The notes under the pieces are model-generated. The model was not told the DNA's origin. It worked only from the letters and a program-made list of their open reading frames with translations, and made no database searches. Below, piece after piece: positions 15,771 to 29,540 of a DNA stretch of 64,000 nucleotides. Source of the stretch: Camelus ferus. Its lineage: Eukaryota. The first letter of the stretch is position 1; every line of letters begins with the position of its first letter. Position numbers and translations under genes: made by a program. Location: positions 51,586,001-51,650,000 of the forward strand of contig NC_045696.1 of NCBI RefSeq assembly GCF_009834535.1, in the 5' to 3' direction.

Positions 15771-17817
15771 AACTGTGCACAAGACAGACGCGAGGCATTG
15801 CTGATGTTCTAATTACAGCTGAGTCACAGTTGTGCGACTTGTTCCTGATGGCAGACGGGAGTCAAGGCCAGAGCTCATGCAGCCAACAAATATTTACCGT
15901 TTCGGCCACACCAAGGCACTGAGTGTGACATGCTGCTGGGCAGTCACATCGTGCTCCCTAAAGTGTTTTCTGCATGCCTAGGATTGTCGACGCTTCTACG
16001 TTTATATTACACACATCTCTGATGAGGTTATTTCCTTGCATGGCCAAAAGGATTTCCGTCTCCCCGCCTTGGAAATTCTCAACCTTGAGATACAAAACCA
16101 CTACTGAATATCTAATAAAACTTGCCTTCAACTAGCTAACCTTTTTCAAAAGCCAAGTTCACCTAACTGTAATATTTTCTGCACTAGTGTATATCCCCAG
16201 GTTAATAATTACTCTCTGGCATGTCACTTCAGCATATAAATTGGCAGGATGATTCTGCACCATAATCAACAATTTATATAGATAATATCAGGGAAACTAG
16301 GAAGGCCTGAGAGCTATTCACTACCTTCCAGAGGTATTCTCTGGCCTAACTTGGTTTTGCTTAACAGTGTTTTCTGTTTTTAAAGGACCACTCACCCATG
16401 CCTCTAGCACGGCTACCTCGAACTCTTCATCAGCTGTTTAAACCCCCAAAAGTGCACAGTAGCCAAGTCACTTTTACCCTGAGAGTTTAGTAAAGGCTCA
16501 CCACACTCTCAGAGGGGGTGGAGAAGTGTCTCATTTCTTCTCAAGATCCTTGAGTTCCTGGGATTTACAGCATTTTCTGGGCCCTTAGTAGTAGATTTAT
16601 TTCTGAACCACTGAACCAATGTAACCCTAAGACACATGTCTGCAGAGCCCCCTTGACTGTGTTTTACCCTAAGCCTTTCTCCTTTACTTTCCTCACTTGG
16701 CCCCTTTAATTTCACATTTAGAACTTCTTGAGGCTGAGTGGCCGAACACCACACAGCGCAGGTCTTATCTGATGTGCCGGCGCCTGGTGTGGCCTAAGAC
16801 ACACTGGGGTTTTGTTTTTGAAGTACAGGACTGATGTTCTGAAACCTAGACTCCAACACAAAGGAGATCATTAGCTCGTTTTGAGTGTCTTTTGTCTTCC
16901 CTCCTGGCCGCCTCCTACCCTCCCCAATACTTCCTCAGGCCTGTGCACCGGCAGCAGATGGCAACCATATTCCAAAGCTGAGTATGTACAAAATCGTGCC
17001 ACGGAGAACAGAGCGGCTTCAAAGTTAGCTTTCTATTCAAGTGGGATGGCGGCGACTTCTGGAGGAGTGAACTCATCTCTCATTCATTTAGTCCTCTATT
17101 CATTCTGCCAGGAATTAGTTTTTCTACACATCAGTCTACTGTCCAGCCAGTGGAGGGGGGATGGGCGTGAAGAATTCTCTGGAGAGCCCTTCCAGCAGGA
17201 GGGAACCAGGATTCCAGCCAACCTCTGGTCCCCGGGGCCAGCTCTGTCTGCCACAGACCAAATCACATCATTCTCGCAAGAGGAGCTGGGGAGCTCTGGG
17301 TGCGGGGTGGGTTTCTCAAGACCCTCTCCTTGCTAGGCTGACAGCCACGTGCTTTCCCCAGGCAAAGCTTCGACCTGGGAAAAGGGTGAAACAAGGAGGA
17401 GGGTGTGGGGTTGCAGAAAACTGTGCAGGATGGTGCAGTAACAGGAAGTGGGAGTGGGAAAACCTCTCCTTTTGGTTGCTTCAAGGTTTGCTGGAGCTTT
17501 TGCCTAATCATCTGTTTGAGCATCTTGAAAATAAGTGTCTATTTTCATGATATCTATCAAAAACAGGCACCAGATTATACTACAGAGTAGACCTTAACCC
17601 TGCCATATTGCTACTAGAATCAAAACATGTAGCAGCCCACATCCAACAGAAAGTGATTGTTTTCCCAGCATACAAACCAGAGGGCATCTGTGATACACTT
17701 TGTTTTGAAGGTCTGCTGAATGAAAAAAATTAGGTAACAAAATCACTAACTATACTTTACAAATGGGAGAAATGCTCACAAAAACACTATCCCCTCACTT
17801 TTGCTCAGTTCGCCCTA

Positions 17818-17930
17818 CCATTCATTCATTTAATAAGTATTTGCTGAGCACCAACTCTGGCTAAGCACTCCTCTGCTAGGTGCTAAGAATTCAGCAGTGA
17901 ACAAGATGGACAGGATTTCTGCCCTTACAA
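17818..17930 (-). mobile_element. LINE-2 3' end
   Basis: cattcattcatttaataagtatttgctgagcacc..gctaggtgct..cagcagtgaacaaga..tctgccctta. Confidence 0.75.
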
Positions 17931-19344
17931 ATGCTTCCATATGGCCAAAATAAGCATTTAATACTTTAACTGCCGGAATATTATTTGAGGAATAGGAATA
18001 ATTAATTTGTCTTACCTAGTGTTTCTTCTGAATCTTTCTCAAACATATTTCTTGAAGGTCCAGGCGCCTTTAACCAAGAAGTTCTGTCTTAAAACTCTCT
18101 CTATTGTTATATTCATTCCTTTCTTGGCTACAATGTTGAGAGTTCAGATTGCAACTGCTACCTTTCTCTTTCTCTCTCTCGCTCTCTTTTTTTTTTTTTT
18201 TTGGTGGAACTGTAACCCTGAGGATCGTTACTTTTCAAACTACACATGTATTTTCTCTGTAAATATTGTACCATCTAATTTGTGTCTTTGGATTCTGCTG
18301 ATTAGCCATCAACATATGATTTAAGGAATACTGCATATGAGATGTAGAAATCGTGACTCAGTAAGTTCTTATTTTAAAGCTCTGACTGGGGATTTATCCA
18401 GACTTGCATACAATCTAGTTAAGCATTTGATCTGCAATTATTACTAAAAAGACTTGTAGCTCAAGTTCTATACCCATGTGTCCCTGGAATTCTATACTCA
18501 GCAAACACAGTGCTCCGGAGTTAAGAGAAGCAAGTGTCTGAAATGATCTCCACACATTACCCCAAACTACATGGGCACCATGGGATAGGAAAGGCTCACT
18601 AGGTACAATGAGCCAGCAAGTCTTACTGAATTTCTCAAGGTTACTTTTTTTCCCCCCTTCTCTCTCCAACTACTGCAAACTGTTTCAAAATGGAAGAAGG
18701 TAAGTGAGCTGAGTAATTAAGAGCAATACTCCTCTGCATTGAAACACATGCACTTTTCTAACTTTACCTCTTTTTTGAATTATTTCAAAATAGCCTGAAG
18801 CCATCAGGCAGACTGTCTTTCAAAAATATAAAAGATGCAGTTCTTTCATTGTAAGTGCATCTTTTGGGAAGGGGCTCTCTGATGGGGCAGCTCGGCAGTG
18901 TGCCCATTCTAAGGACCTGATGTTTTGGCCTCTTCAGGTATCAGAGCTGGAAGATATACAGGGAAAGGATGCTGAAGGGAACAGGGCAGGGGCATGCACA
19001 GGTTCTCCAATGCATTCTGAGATCAGACAGCACACACATCCATCGTCCATAATTTGAAAATTTCTCATTGATTAGAATGCACTTGAGGATAAGAAGGAAC
19101 TTAATAGGTTAATGCTATACTGTGATATAAATAATGACCTAAACCTGTATCAAGAAAATGATCTAAACCTGTATCAAGAAAAAACATTCAGAAAAAAATT
19201 TTTTTAAATTTTCTATGCCATAGTTTCCTTATCTGTAAAACAGGATGTTTTCTAAGAATGATATCATGTATTAGATGCAAAGTAGATGCTCCATAGTATT
19301 AACTCTCTTCCAATTTTAGAAAAAAACAAGACAAGTGAAGCAAT

Positions 19345-19540
19345 ACTAGGGGAAGGGGAATGAAGGATTAGTAGGTACCAGTTAAGGAGTGCAAGGTTTA
19401 TTTCGAGGGTAATGAAAATGTCCTAAAATTGTGGTGAGGATGCAAAACTCTCATAATAGATATTCACACTAAACTGAAAGCCATTGAATTGTACACTTTA
19501 AATAAGTGAACTGTATCTCAATAAAGCTGTTGAAAAAAAA
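19345..19540 (+). mobile_element. Old LINE-1 (L1MB/MC-type) 3' end with polyA signal and A tail
   Basis: gggtaatgaaaatgtcctaaaattgtggtga..ccattgaattgtacactttaaa..gtgaactgtatctcaataaagctgttgaaaaaaaa. Confidence 0.8.
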
Positions 19541-19774
19541 GTAGGAGAATAAAAGAAGGCAAGATGATGATGGAGAGGCTCCCCTGCCTGCCCAGGCCTG
19601 AATCCAAGAAGGGGCAAGGCAAGGAGCCCTGGTCTTCTCCTGAAGGGAGGAACAAGCCCTCCTACAGACCCACAGGCTTCTGTCTCCATCATTCTGAGGA
19701 AGGGTGAGGCACCTGCTACAAACTTCATTTATGTTGCATTAATTTTAGCACATTTTACTTAATAATTTAAAACA

Positions 19775-19985
19775 CTTCAGTGATAGCTAATGCTCAGATT
19801 CACTGAGTTCTGTCTGCCTGGTGCTGTTTTAAGGGCTTTCCATATAGCGTTCCATCTAACCTTATAGTAATGCCATGAGATAGAGACTGTTTTCATTCTC
19901 ATCAGGCACCTGAGGACATGGAAACACAGGTAGGTTAAGTAAAGGCACGTAAACTGCATGCATAGGCTGAAGTTCACATGAAAAG
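19775..19985 (-). mobile_element. MIR SINE
   Basis: tagctaa..cactgag..gcctggtgctgttttaagggctttc..gagatagagactgttttcattctc..aggttaagtaa. Confidence 0.65.
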
Positions 19986-22074
19986 GGGCAAATAGCTAGA
20001 CCATGAGGTGAGAAAACATTTCAGAGCAACACACAGTCCAAATCTCAGTCCATTATCAACATGTTCAAGAAACAGCTTTTGGGATCTGTTAGCACACCTG
20101 CCCCTGCCCTGCAGGCACGTGGAGAACCTGGAAAAGCCGCAGGAGTCAGTCCACATTGGACTTTTCCTCCTTAGCCTCTTGGTTTGAGGGCACATATTCC
20201 AGGGAAGTGGCTTTTTCCTTCCCTTAGTTCCCTGACCCCAGCCTAATGAAAGCCACACACTTGTGTCCGGGAACAGTACACACAGGCATGCATACGTGTG
20301 TGGGCCTGTCCCCTTAAGAAGTTCATAGACTCTGAGAGGGAGGCCTGGTCATGGTGCCAGGGGAGTTAAAGGCCTCCAGGTCAGGAAGTCCTCCTCTGGA
20401 TGGAGGGCAGTACCCTCTGCTTAAAGCCTCTGCCTGTGGCACTGCCCAAGGACACCAAGTCTGCTCTGCCTGCCGCCTAGCATGTTAACCCAGGATTCCA
20501 AGGCTGCTTCCGGAGCCTCGGATCCAGTCACCCCTCTGGGACCTTAAGGGCAGGAATAAAACTGAATAGGCTAGATTTAGGGGAGTTTTCTTAAAATTGG
20601 AAAAAAGTACCCAAGCCAGCCTGGAGAGACCTATGATATTTCCCCGAGAAAAGGCTATACTTCCTTTTCCATGGGGTTAACGTCTCATAGTTGAAGTTCA
20701 GAATTTGCACGTGTATTTTCCATGAGACGTGGGATTATGCTCTGTAGCTCAAATTTATATACACCTTTCTTTCATAATCTCCTTTGTATCTAAGTACTGT
20801 TTGAGATATGAGGTAGGGAGACAATAAGTGATTATACAGGAAAGGAAATGATTATAGCAGAACACTGAATAACAAAGTTAATTTCGTTACCACTTCTTGA
20901 AATTCTTCACATGGTGTTCTATGTGCCACACCAAGCTTTCTTAACAATTATGTATGCCCTTGTCTAATATTGCATGAGATCTTGGCATAAAATTGATAAC
21001 ACGACACTAGCTGAAACCACTGAGGGTAAATGAGCAGGAGGAAGTTCGTTTCTGGCATTGGGGAGGAAAGGAAAAACTCCTCAAGGTCCATTTTGACGTC
21101 AACTATGAATTCATTGTTCCTTGTGAACTTATGAAGACTTGTATTCAAAATTCCTCCATGTGATTCATTGTATAACTTCTAGTAATGATAAAATAATTTT
21201 CTTATTTAGTTTTACAGTAATTTAATAGCAGAGCAAAGTAACATTTCATTTAGTTGTTTCCAGAGCACCACCCTGAAGGAGCAGGAATTGCAGATACTAT
21301 GTGTCCAAGGACCATGGCCTTAGGGATGTCTTCAACCATCAAAGAGAACAATACAGACTAAGTAAACAAGTTAAAAAATGTCCCAGCAAATAATGAACTT
21401 GAGGATGTCTTGTGACAATGAAGGTATACATGAGAACAATAAGTTATTAGTAACTGTTTGAATTGGACCTACTGTGAATGAAATTCACAGAATGTGGCTT
21501 TTTTTTTTTTAAAAGGATTATGCTTCGAGATAACTTGCTTTAAAAATTTTTAGAAAATTTAAATGCTTGAAGTATATAATTCTTGTCTTCTACCTAATGC
21601 TCAGAGATTACTCAAGGTTAGTGAATATTTGTGAAGTCATCCAAAGAACATGTAACAATTCTTGCAAAATATTAGTTCTTATTAGCTACTGGGAAGAGAA
21701 ACCAATGTTGGGAAGAAGTAGAAATCTAAAATAATAAAATTACTGATTCTTTGGGCTTGGATAATGATTTCAAATTTCCTTTACATATATTTATCATTCC
21801 AAATTGTCCTGTAAAATGTGAGGTCCAGTTCTCTCACTTTGCTTAATTAATTGCAGAATCTCCCTTAACACTGGTTTTTATTCTTCAGTCTGTAAGTGGG
21901 CTTGGGGCTGCCGTATCATAAAAATATTCATTACCCTGCTTTTACATTATATCTTCATTATTTCATTTTAGAGTATTAAACTTCATTAAAAAGTAGTTCA
22001 TAATTGTTGCTTTCCCATTCATCCTCTGTTTGTTCCTGAAACCTTTTTTTTTTTTTTTTTTTAGTGGTATTTTT

Positions 22075-23110
22075 GTGATGCCTCTGACTCTGTTCTCTCG
22101 ACAGCCTCCATGAAGCGAACAACCCCTGACGTCTACAGCATCTGACACTGCTGACCTGGCTGATCTCTCTGCACTGTCCTACGTTTCCTACTATTTTAGG
22201 TTATATTTTCTTTCCCTCCTTCGAGGGTTCTTCATGCTCTCTCTATTATTCAGTGTAAATATTCCCCAAGGTTCTATTTTCCTTTTTTCTCTTAACAAAG
22301 TCTTCTCTAAATTTACTTCCACTTTCTTGGCTTTAAAATATTGCCTCTTGGCCAACGCATGTCCTAGCCCTAATTTCCAATCTTCCTGCTCTACTCCAGT
22401 ACCCTATTGGTAACTCAATGTCAGTTATTCCCGCTGGGTCTACCCCGGGTATCTCATACTCAGCACTGTATAAAACTGAACTGTATTGTTTCTCTAAATA
22501 CCTTCTTTTCATCTTCTTTCTTTGATATCTTGGAATTATCTCTGACGATTTCCTCTCCCTTGTCTAACAGTCAGCTCCTGGAACCATCCACCCTCATCCA
22601 CAAAGTCTATTGAACCTGGCTCCTCCCTGTTCCCGTCACCAGCGCCTTCAGGTTACCAACAAGCTGAACTACTGACAAAGCTTCCTAGGTGTTGTCCTCC
22701 CTCCAGTCACCTCCTCCCACATCCAAGCATGCTCCACACCTTATTGCTAGATTAGATCTTCCCAAAGCCAAGTCCAGATCATGGCAACCCCTACTTAATA
22801 CTGGTCCACAGCTTTGCCCCAGAATGCAAACACCTTATACTTTACCCTAATGCCTCATCTCCAAGGAAATTCTATTCAGCCTTCAAGAGAGCTCAAATGG
22901 AACCTTCTCTGTTAACTGGATTATCATGTATTTTATGAATTTTCTAACCTCTATCCAAGATAATGGTGACATGAGGGCATGTAGTTAAGTCTTAAGATTC
23001 TTGGTGGCAGGGTGTGTTTGTCTCCACCTCTGTACCCCTGCAAAACTCAGTGTAGTGCCAGACACCTAAGATGCACTCTACACATGCTTGCTAAGAGAAT
23101 GAATCACAGT
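22075..23110 (+). mobile_element. LINE-2, long degraded segment
   Basis: Pyrimidine-rich L2 hallmarks: acagcatctgacactgctgacc, catactcagcac..aaaactgaact, ttcagccttcaag..gctcaaatg, and a 3' end gtagtgccagacac..gaatgaat. Confidence 0.65.
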
Positions 23111-23369
23111 GAACTGATGCTCTGGTGCTTCCAGATACACAGGGATACACTTTAACCACCCTGTAGGGCGTCTGGCTGTGAATGTATTTGGTCTTCTCTA
23201 TGAGACTCTTAAGTCTCCGAGCACAGGGCTTCAGTTTATAGAACGACCTCCTGTGCAATACCTAGGCTTGGTTCTCTACATTGAAAGCATTCAGTAACTT
23301 GATGGATGACTAGTCCTGTTTTCTTTTTTGTTCAGAAACAGGAATTCTCTTAGACACAGACTGAGTAAC

Positions 23370-23535
23370 AGGCAGCAAGGTATGGTGGAGATGGAAAGAA
23401 TGAGGTCCTGTCTTTGGCTCTTCCACTTACTACGCTGAGAACCTTCTGGCATGACACTTGCACTCTTTGGGCCTCAGCTTCCCCATCTGCATGGTAATAG
23501 GTTTAGGCCAGGTAAATTTCAATCTCTTTCAGTGC
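23370..23535 (+). mobile_element. MIR SINE
   Basis: ggctcttccacttact..ggcatgacacttgcactctttgggcctcagcttccccatctg. Confidence 0.7.
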
Positions 23536-24539
23536 TGATAAAAAAAGTTCTAACTGGTACACATTCCTTAGAGAGAACAAAGGATGTGGAGGCAGAAGAA
23601 AAGCAAAAAAGAAAGCAGCACGTGCTTATTCAGCCGATGGGATAATAAGAGGTCTCACTATGGCACCTGGTGTGAAGTGAATGGTGGAAGGATCTGACTT
23701 GAAATTTCCTTAAAGCAAGACATTCTTAGAATCTTCGTGCATGCTCTCAATTGATCAAATGATCCATCTCTGAGGGCAGTACATGTGTTTTTTTTTTTTT
23801 TTCAAGTCAGAATGTAAGAAGGCCTGACAGATATGGAGGAACACTAATTTTATGTAATTAAATTTGCCACAAGCGGAGGAAGCACATATGAAACTGTCAC
23901 CAGCAGCTGCAGATAAGAATTAAAGATGTGCTGCAGCAAGATATGAGATGGCAGGATGAAGACTCCAGCCCTGAAAATCAGCAGTCGGCCTTAGCAATCA
24001 CATGTGGACAATCAGAAGCACATTCATGCAGTTTCTGGGAGACTAATGTGGTGTGATGTAACTCAGAGCAATGGGCTGTGAGATCAGATTTTCAATGGAC
24101 CTGGGAGGATTTCTGCAGAGGAATGATTACTAGAATCTGGAGGGACCACGAGTCGACAACAGAACTCCAGCATGGCACTTCTGGGAGTCTCTGTGGCTCC
24201 AGGAATGAACCTCTCAATAAGAAAAGTTATTCTGAACCTCTCATCAACAAATTATCACTGGCTCCTTCATAATACTTTCCTACATCTACTGACCTCATGC
24301 AAAGAAGGGCACTATTACTTATTAGAAAATAAAGAGTGGCTTGCTTTACTATTTATTTGGCAAGCAAATGTCTCTAAAGGGCCATGCAGTTCAGCCCAAA
24401 TGACCATTAACGACAGGCAATGTTACCCAAATAAATATTAACTGCCCTGTGAGTTTATATTAAAATGAAGGCACACCGTCAGAAGGTCTGAGCATGGAAA
24501 CTGAACTGCTCTGTTTTCTGAGAACACCATGCTCTTTTT

Positions 24540-24900
24540 GTGCCTCTGTGGTTTCGCTTCTGTTCCTTCTGCCTGGAAGGCCCTTCCCTCCCTCTTCTAC
24601 TTTACACACGCCGACTCCTTCCAGGTCCTGGTGCAATGTCACTTGCCCTGTGAAGCCCTTCCCACTGCTTCAGGAGGTTGGGAGCTTTTTGTGCATCATC
24701 CAACACTTTCCTACTGCATTTGTACGACTGCTTTACAGGTTTAAAAGTTGGGGAAAGTGTGTGGGAACAGCGTGAGTTCCTAAAATGAAGGGACGATATT
24801 TTGTGCGTATTTTTGCCCTGAGTCCTAGCTGAGGACGTGGCACAGAAGCAGGGGTTCAACAGCATTGGGTGCATGACTAAATGAAGGAAGGCACGAATGG
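24540..24900 (+). mobile_element. LINE-2 3' region
   Basis: ctgttccttctgcctggaaggcccttcc..tccttccaggtcc..aatgtcactt..gtgaagccctt..gtggcacagaagcaggggttcaac..aaatgaaggaagg. Confidence 0.7.
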
Positions 24901-27900
24901 CTGAGGTGAAAGTAACTTCCAGAAATTACAGCATCAAGTGGTGATGGAAGAAATCCAGTCAAATTAGCATCATCAAGAGAGGACAATTTTTATAAAAAAA
25001 AAAAAAAGAGGGGCAATTTCATAAAAAGAGGTAGATTGTGATATGAAACATGAAGAAATATGATTTTTAAAAAATAAATGTGTCCCCAGATATAGTAAGT
25101 AGAAACTCTAAGAAATTAGAGCAAATGAAAAAAAAATGACTGGCCTTCTAATGTGTAAGTGTGGGATTAAGCACTGAAACCTCTAAATAAGAGGGTATCA
25201 AAGGTAATGAAAGTAATTCCAAAGAGATTATGTATCAATTAACTCAGAGACAGAGCGGTGACTTTTAAAACGGGAAACACTATCTTTAAAGAAACAAATC
25301 CATACTTAATAAGTAAGAGGTTTACTTGGTTAATGAAGTAGCAGGGAAACAGTTTAAACTGTTAGCAACAAAAAGGTAAATATATAAGTCTTTGTAGGAA
25401 GTAGAATAAAGAGGAATGCAAGACACTTTGGGGACAATGGGAGCATTTAGTCACACCAAAGATGCTCTATTTACTGTTTAACTGATGTGGACTCTATTAG
25501 GAAAGTAACAGCAGGCCGTAGGATAATGACTGTCTGTAGTGGCTGATTTCGTCCCATTTTTGGCGCTATTTCTTCTGCAAATTAGTGTGACCCCAAAATG
25601 TTTTCAGGATTGTCCAACTTGTCCTAAATTCCATAAATAAACTCTTTCAGAGGATGCTGTTTTTTGCCATGTCTCTATTACAGTTCTTCACAGATGGACC
25701 ATTTTTGTCCTTCCAAAGTCTAAGAATAACTCTTTCAGTTATCAAGACATACCAAAATCCAGTTCAGCTGCTCCTGTGGGATTCCAGTTAGTTTAGACAC
25801 ATCTGCTGAGATACATGCATTTGAATCCAAATGAAGCTTTTGTTTGATTATACATTTTGAACATTTATGGAGGTTTTTTGGGGGCCAAAATGTTTTTCAT
25901 TTTTTGGCACTGCAAACAGAGATCTTCAGTTATAAACACTGCCTTCTGAGCACCTCCAGCAGAAATCCAATCTTTTCATGTGAACAGGTGCCCCAGTAAG
26001 TTTTTGGAAGGTTTTACACTGAATCAGCTCTCTGATTGGAAACTTTCTGAACACGCAGTCAAATTTGCCAAAGAGACTTTCAAACTCGCTTGAGCAGTTT
26101 TCACTCATACAGACATACATTCACACGTACAGACAGCCTGAGTGAAAGCAAATCAGAGCCCTGTAAAATTGAAGTCTCTTTCTTAAAGGTTAAATACTAT
26201 ACACAGCCAAACTGAACAAGAAGGAGTCTGTGACAGGAGAGATAGTGAAGGAATAGCAAAAACAGAGGTTCAAATTCTCCATAAGTGTGCTCCTCTTAAA
26301 GCTTTACCTGAGAGTTTAGGTGACACATCCCTTCGGTAAAAATATTTTATCTCACCCAGTTTCAAACAAACGCTCAAGCATTTGTGTTCTGACACACTGT
26401 ACCTTAGAGTATTGCTACTAATTCCTTTTACTCACAAATTTCTTCAAATAGTTATTTTGAAACACTTCCTTCTCAAACACAAATAGGTCAACCAGATGCA
26501 AATTCAAAGGAACTGAAAACACTACTTTCTAAATCAGGGGTTCGTTGTGTTACCCCAAAAGGTAAAGACCCCAGTTCTTGTCTTACTCAAAAGATACGAT
26601 TTACAGATGGGAGACGGAAAGCGTTGTGTAGCAAACAGATTTTAAAAGATTTATTTAAAAAAGGAAAAGTACACCTCCAAGAAGAAGAGGCGGGCTGATC
26701 CAAGGGAGGAAAAAAATGTGTTTTTTGGTCTCCCCTTTCTCTTACACCCCCATTTAGAGGTGGTCTCTTGACTGATTGACAGCTCTTCTCCCTGGAATGC
26801 TTAGTCATGTTTGGCCCCTTTTGCACATGTCCTTACCCACGGTGTATTCAGGAAAACCTGGGGAGGGGGGTTGGTGGCTAAATCAAAATGTTAATTACAA
26901 TACAACAAGCACTGGGTCGTGTCCGGTTAAGTCTACCGCGTAGTCGTGGCTGTCGGGTTCTAACCTGTTTCTTGCTGGCTTTAATTTAGAAGTGAAGTCC
27001 CTTTATGCTGGAAGCAGGCATAACACCATCTTCCAGACCATCCCCCCCTCTCCTTCACCTGTCTGCCCAGTGCCCCCACTTATCTAACTACCTAACAGTT
27101 GGGAAAACCTCTGTTTTACCTGATTCCCCATAACTTTTCTTTTCCGGTTTGAATCTAAACTGAAAAGCTGTTACAGCGTAAAATAACTTTGTAAGCCTTA
27201 ACCCTGAAAAGTTATTACAGAGTGGAAACACTCCCACATTGGACATGCCGGGGATTCAGGGGGAAATCTGCTTTCAAGTTGTTCTGATGGCCCTGGACCA
27301 GACGCTCTAAGGTAGGCCAGAAACCTTGGTCTACACCCACTTAGCAGATTTCTGGCTCCTGATCAGGGACTGAGAGGTTTATTTGTAGAAATGAATCATT
27401 TCCTTCAAAATATCCTTTACCCTATTTACATGCTTGCATATTCCTTCCATTTTGTTTTCCCCCTACAGCTTCACTAAGGGAATTAATTATCTAGAAGAAC
27501 AGGAACATACAGTAAGTACATCTGAGATACAGGATGAGACACAGTATGTCATCTATTAGGCCTGGCTAAGACCAGCAGCTGATGCTAAATGGGAAGGAAC
27601 ATGCACCAAATGTTTTTTAATCACAAAGTTAGTAATTAATTGCTCTTTAAAATACATCTTATGCTTCTTTCTGTCTGTGTACATGAAATGCACATTTATT
27701 ACATGCCAAAAATTACAACATTATGGTTTAAATGTGACTGGCACGGAAGTCCGGAAATCAGAGTTAATGTTCCCACAGCAACTTTAATTCTGTCCGTGTG
27801 CACATGTAGAGCTGTAACAGTCTTCCGTTCCAGGGTAATACACAGAGATGGCTTGGGGAGGGCCACTAAAGACCCATATCCTCAACTGTAGTTACAGGAA

Positions 27901-29339
27901 AAAAACAATGGATAAAAGCCGTGCTCCTTTCCACCTACGTGGATGAAAAACAATGTCCCCGCGCCCGGTGTTGTGTAATCAGCAATGGAAGAATCTGCTG
28001 TGATGCCGGCACTCAAGGGGACAGTTTCTGTTGCTGTGGGAACCTGAACTTTGCATTTCCTGACTTTGGGGTAATTAAAATGTCAGCCTTAATGTGGCAT
28101 TAATGGAGTTTGCTATAAAAAAAAAATCCTCTTTGTTTTGTTCTCAAAAAAAAAAAAAAAAAAAAGCCTCAAAGTTCACACTGAACCAAGTGTACTAAAA
28201 TCTTTCATCTCGGGGACCAAGCAAAGGGTTGGGAGACGGCAGGCCAGCGAGGAGGGAGCACAGCAAGAGCCCACCAGTCTCCTCGATGGCGTTCAGCCCC
28301 GGCAGATTCATGCCACCTCCAGCGCTAAAGTTAAACCCACCCACACAACAGTTTGGTAATGTGTAAAGGTTAAATTAAAAATAAATAAAAACTGTTAACG
28401 CGGAAGTGCATCTTGGCAAGGACACAGAAAATCAGAGGATTTGATGAGGCCAGGGCAAAACACGCGAAGGTACGCAACCACAGATGTCAGCTTCCAACAA
28501 AATGAAGACCTCAGAATAGGCGGTTCCACAGCCAAGAGTAGGGAGGACTGGCCAAAGGGGGAGAATCGCGTCTCCCTTCAATGGGAGCCCGATCCAGGGA
28601 AAAACAAAGTGGGTGCGTGCATCACACGTACATGGCTGTGATGTGCTACAGCTGCACGGTCATCGAAAAATGCTTCTCCCGTGGGGAGCTTCATCTGCCC
28701 CCTAACTTGGTTTAGCCCTGTGTTAGCATTTAAAGGGAGAGCCTGGCTCAGCTCTTCCTCAGCCTGTGCCGTGGACTTGTTCTGTCAAACGCTGGGGGTT
28801 TGGTACCCTTTGAGACTGAAACTCATCTCAATGCCGTCGTCTGCATTTGTCTAGGTTTTTAGAAACAGTGAAGAGGTGACAAACCAGGAGGTGACAGGGG
28901 AATATGGCTAAAAGGTTGTAGAGGGTGCACTGCGAAGCAGCACAGGTTTCAGTAGCGGTATCAACGTTGTCATTTCACGGAGGAAAGCACTTCTCAGCGA
29001 TGTCCCTGCTTGGTTTGAACAGTACTGGGATCTTTTGCCAGTTTTGAAAAGGCTCAGCAGGTTAAATAGCCAACTGAGAACTTAAGGGGTCAGATGTCCT
29101 CTTTGCTTCAAAACGTGCCCTTCAGATGCAGCAACGCCATGGCTTGCCCTCCCTGACCAGTGTGCATGCGGAGCTGACTTTTCTTTTGTGGGGATGCTTA
29201 CACATCGTGTTTTATAACCCCGTCGCCAATATGAGTAGTTGCATGTTGTCAAGATGCCTGTTTCGAGCCAGGAATGCCATTTCTGGGCTCGGAACAGAGA
29301 ATTCAGGCAGCTCACAGTGAGCGCAAATCCACAGACATC

Positions 29340-29540
29340 CCTCAGTATCTGAACAAGTTAACTACCTAGCACAGCATTCATCTATCTGGGCGTCAATTTT
29401 CTCAGTTTTCTTATCTGTAAATTGGGAAGAATTATAATGACTGACGGAAAATGGCCATTAAGGCATGACTAAAAATAATTTTGCCAAACACATGACAAAT
29501 AAAAAGGTGCTATAAAAATTCAGGCACTTGTGAAAGCTTG
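29340..29540 (+). mobile_element. MIR fragment
   Basis: gaacaagttaact..ctcagttttcttatctgtaaattggg..tgtgaaagctt. Confidence 0.5.
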
